A stretch of DNA of 63,957 bases, counting the filler, from Octopus bimaculoides (lineage: Eukaryota): NCBI RefSeq assembly GCF_001194135.2. It is 4 parts of 4 records of this genome, joined end to end, with 100 filler letters (N's around TTAATTAATTAA, not from the genome) between each part and the next. Parts side by side here need not be neighbours in the genome. Positions count along the whole stretch, not along the records: positions 60,557 to 62,368 come from NC_068994.1; positions 62,469 to 63,957 come from NC_068981.1; 2 more parts are not named here. The stretch is one strand, 5' to 3'. The notes beneath the pieces were generated by a model that saw only the letters and a list, made by a program, of their open reading frames with translations, was not told the origin of the DNA and searched no databases. A program made the translations under genes and the position numbers. Below are positions 61,693 through 63,957 of this stretch, one piece after another (the stretch's first letter is position 1; each line of letters opens with the position of its first letter).

Positions 61693-61885
61693 TAGGCGCA
61701 GGCATGGATGTGTGGTTAAGATACTCGCTTTGCAACCACGTGGTTTTGGGTTCAGCCCCACTGTGAAAACTGTTCAGCCCCACTGTTCAGTCCCACTGTG
61801 ATAACTTGGATGTTGTCTACGAAAACGCCGACCGACAAATGCTCTGCGAGTAAATTTGATAGTCCGAAACTCTGTGGAAGCCGGT
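61693..61885 (+). mobile_element. SINE family A, 5' half, B-box region triplicated
   Basis: GGCGCAGGCATGGATGTGTGGTTAAG.. then TTCAG(C/T)CCCACTGT three times. Confidence 0.8.
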
Positions 61886-62112
61886 CATATATGTGCGTGT
61901 GTGCGTGTGTGCGTGTGTGCGTGTATGTGTGTGTGTGTGTGTAAGTTTGTGTTGTGTGCAGCTCTCAACTCATCAGGCTGACCAAATAAACGTATGAACA
62001 GGTTGGATACTTTGGATACTACAGGTGTTTTGCATGACCTAACAACAAACTTCATTGAGACATTCCGTGCTATGAAAATCAATTATATTTAACTGTCTGT
62101 TTTCAGCATATT

Positions 62113-62185
62113 AATAAGAGTTCCTTTAATTCCTACATATATTCCTTGACGAGGAATATATGTAGGAATTAAAGGAACTTTTATT
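62113..62185. other. Near-perfect hairpin/palindrome
   Basis: 28-bp perfect stem (62119-62146 / 62152-62179), loop TGACG, extendable by 6 bp with one G.T pair. Confidence 0.95.
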
Positions 62186-62468
62186 TATATGCGTTTTGAT
62201 CCATTTATTGTTATTATTCATTTCTACTCAAAATGCATCACTTTAACTTGGTATCTCTACCTATAAAACTGGTGTGATATCCTGGTTTTTTGTGTGATTT
62301 TTGCTACACATGGTAACTATTAACGTATTTACATTGTCAAGGTTTTTTAAAACTGAGATAATATTAATNNNNNNNNNNNNNNNNNNNNNNNNNNNNNNNN
62401 NNNNNNNNNNNNTTAATTAATTAANNNNNNNNNNNNNNNNNNNNNNNNNNNNNNNNNNNNNNNNNNNN

Positions 62469-63066
62469 CTTCCCTAGACCATTTTTCATTCTTTTTCTTT
62501 TGGTTATTTGATGACGAGCATGGATGGCCATCTGTTGGAATATTCCGGTTGTGGGGTACTTCCAGCTCCTGTGTGTCGGGAAGATTTGAACCAGTAGCAG
62601 ATTTCTCGTCTCGGATATGGTTCATTATCCGAGTAAGTGGTCCTTTATAATCCGGTCTATGACCACTACGGTTTGTATTTTGTTTTATTAACAGTGAGGC
62701 ATAACAAGCTTCGACGTTGACGCTAGGGGACGGATCTGTCTGTTTAGGGTAAATTGTTTGAGACAACACCGTCTCCGAGCTCTCGTGACGTCGCATCTTA
62801 AGGCTAGCAGATCTATTTCGAGTAAATGGCCCTTTGTGATTCGGTCGACTACCAATCTGGTTTGTGATCTGCTTTGTTATCATTGAGGCATGACGAGCTT
62901 TAGCGTTGACATTAGGGGACGGATTTGTCTGTTTAGGGTCAGTTTTTTGAGACAACACCGTCACCGAGTTCTCAGCGTGTAAACATTGCTCGTAGCGTAG
63001 TTTTTTAAGGCTAGCAGATCGGTATTCATCTGTATTTTTTTTGTTGATAGATTTATCTTCGGGCAT
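62469..63066 (-). CDS. Uncharacterised ORF (about 200 codons, open into a scaffold spacer) with a 63-69 aa internal duplication
   Basis: ATG at 63066, no stop before the gap. Repeats RSASLK..TVLSQ..PKQT.PSP.VN..A..AS..I.KQ.TN..G.RP..KGP.TR are offset by 207 and 189 nt. No homology recognised. Confidence 0.5.
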
Positions 63067-63347
63067 AGTCTATTTTTTTTTGTGTGTGTGGCGTTTTAAA
63101 CTTATGAATGGTTCACTGTCTGTGTTTGTTCACAGAATGAAAATAAATAAAGAAGAAAAAAGTTTTGGTTTTGCTTCGTTTGTGATATGTGTTTTCGTAT
63201 GCGTGAATGTGTCCTGTGATTTTCACGTATTTGTGTAAACATTAAGATACATGTGTAGTTCTATGGGTATCAAAACGTATATATCATTGTGTACACGTTC
63301 GAGTGTATGCGTAATTATTCAATATATGTACTTACTATCATTACTTA

Positions 63348-63394
<47 letters not shown>

Positions 63395-63916
63395 TATTCA
63401 CAGCACTGCCTGGAAGTGAACACGGAATATAGAAGTTAGTAGGCTGATCTCTTAACCATTAAGCTATATGCCCGTGGGCAATTAAAGAGTAAAAGTTAAA
63501 TAAGAATTGTGGAGGGATAATAAGCACCAGGTAGGGTTGAATTATCCTGTTGTCACCACTTATGATGGATTAAGTGTCCTGTAGAATGTTCAGGTTGTGT
63601 ACAGAAAGAAAACTTCTCCTACGAGTATTTAGCGCATAGGAGCTGGTCCAAAGTAAACGTTGTGTTGATCACACATTGTTTGGTATAATCTTCAGTGTCC
63701 GACGTGTTGCGAAACCCTATGGCATATTATAAGCAAACGAATAATGATAGACGATGGATAAATGTCAATTCGTTACAGCTGTTATATAGGCATTTTTAGT
63801 AGGAAAATGAGTACATAAGATCATTGTAAAGATGCAATGTACTCATTCTTCTATTAAAAATGCGGAAGAAACAGCTCTAATGAATTGACCTTTATCCATC
63901 GTCAATTATTAATTTA

Positions 63917-63957
<41 letters not shown>

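Overview
AT-rich, microsatellite-saturated animal genomic DNA with many assembly gaps. The SINE families and repeat density suggest a coleoid cephalopod, probably Octopus (inference from family resemblance, not a database match). No complete host gene could be recognised. Most identifiable sequence is transposon debris, often nested: four Penelope-like relics, RTE, CR1 and restriction-like-endonuclease (RLE) LINE fragments, two tRNA-derived SINE families plus an RTE-related SINE, Gypsy-type solo LTRs with target-site duplications (TSDs), and hAT, Tc1/mariner and Helitron-like elements. The most notable items are: (i) three well-formed and one degenerate minimal type-I hammerhead ribozyme motifs, two lying downstream of Penelope GIY-YIG C-termini and one inside a 550-bp partial tandem repeat; (ii) an RLE retrotransposon flanked by (TACA)n; (iii) RTE elements with a PHD-like finger inside the RT region, one split by a solo LTR; (iv) a 230-bp-period head-to-tail SINE array; (v) two long hairpins; (vi) a 200-codon ORF with an in-frame internal duplication. 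Most ORFs in the supplied track are microsatellite or gap read-throughs. The hammerheads fit a known PLE feature; I cannot claim a new biological system from sequence alone.
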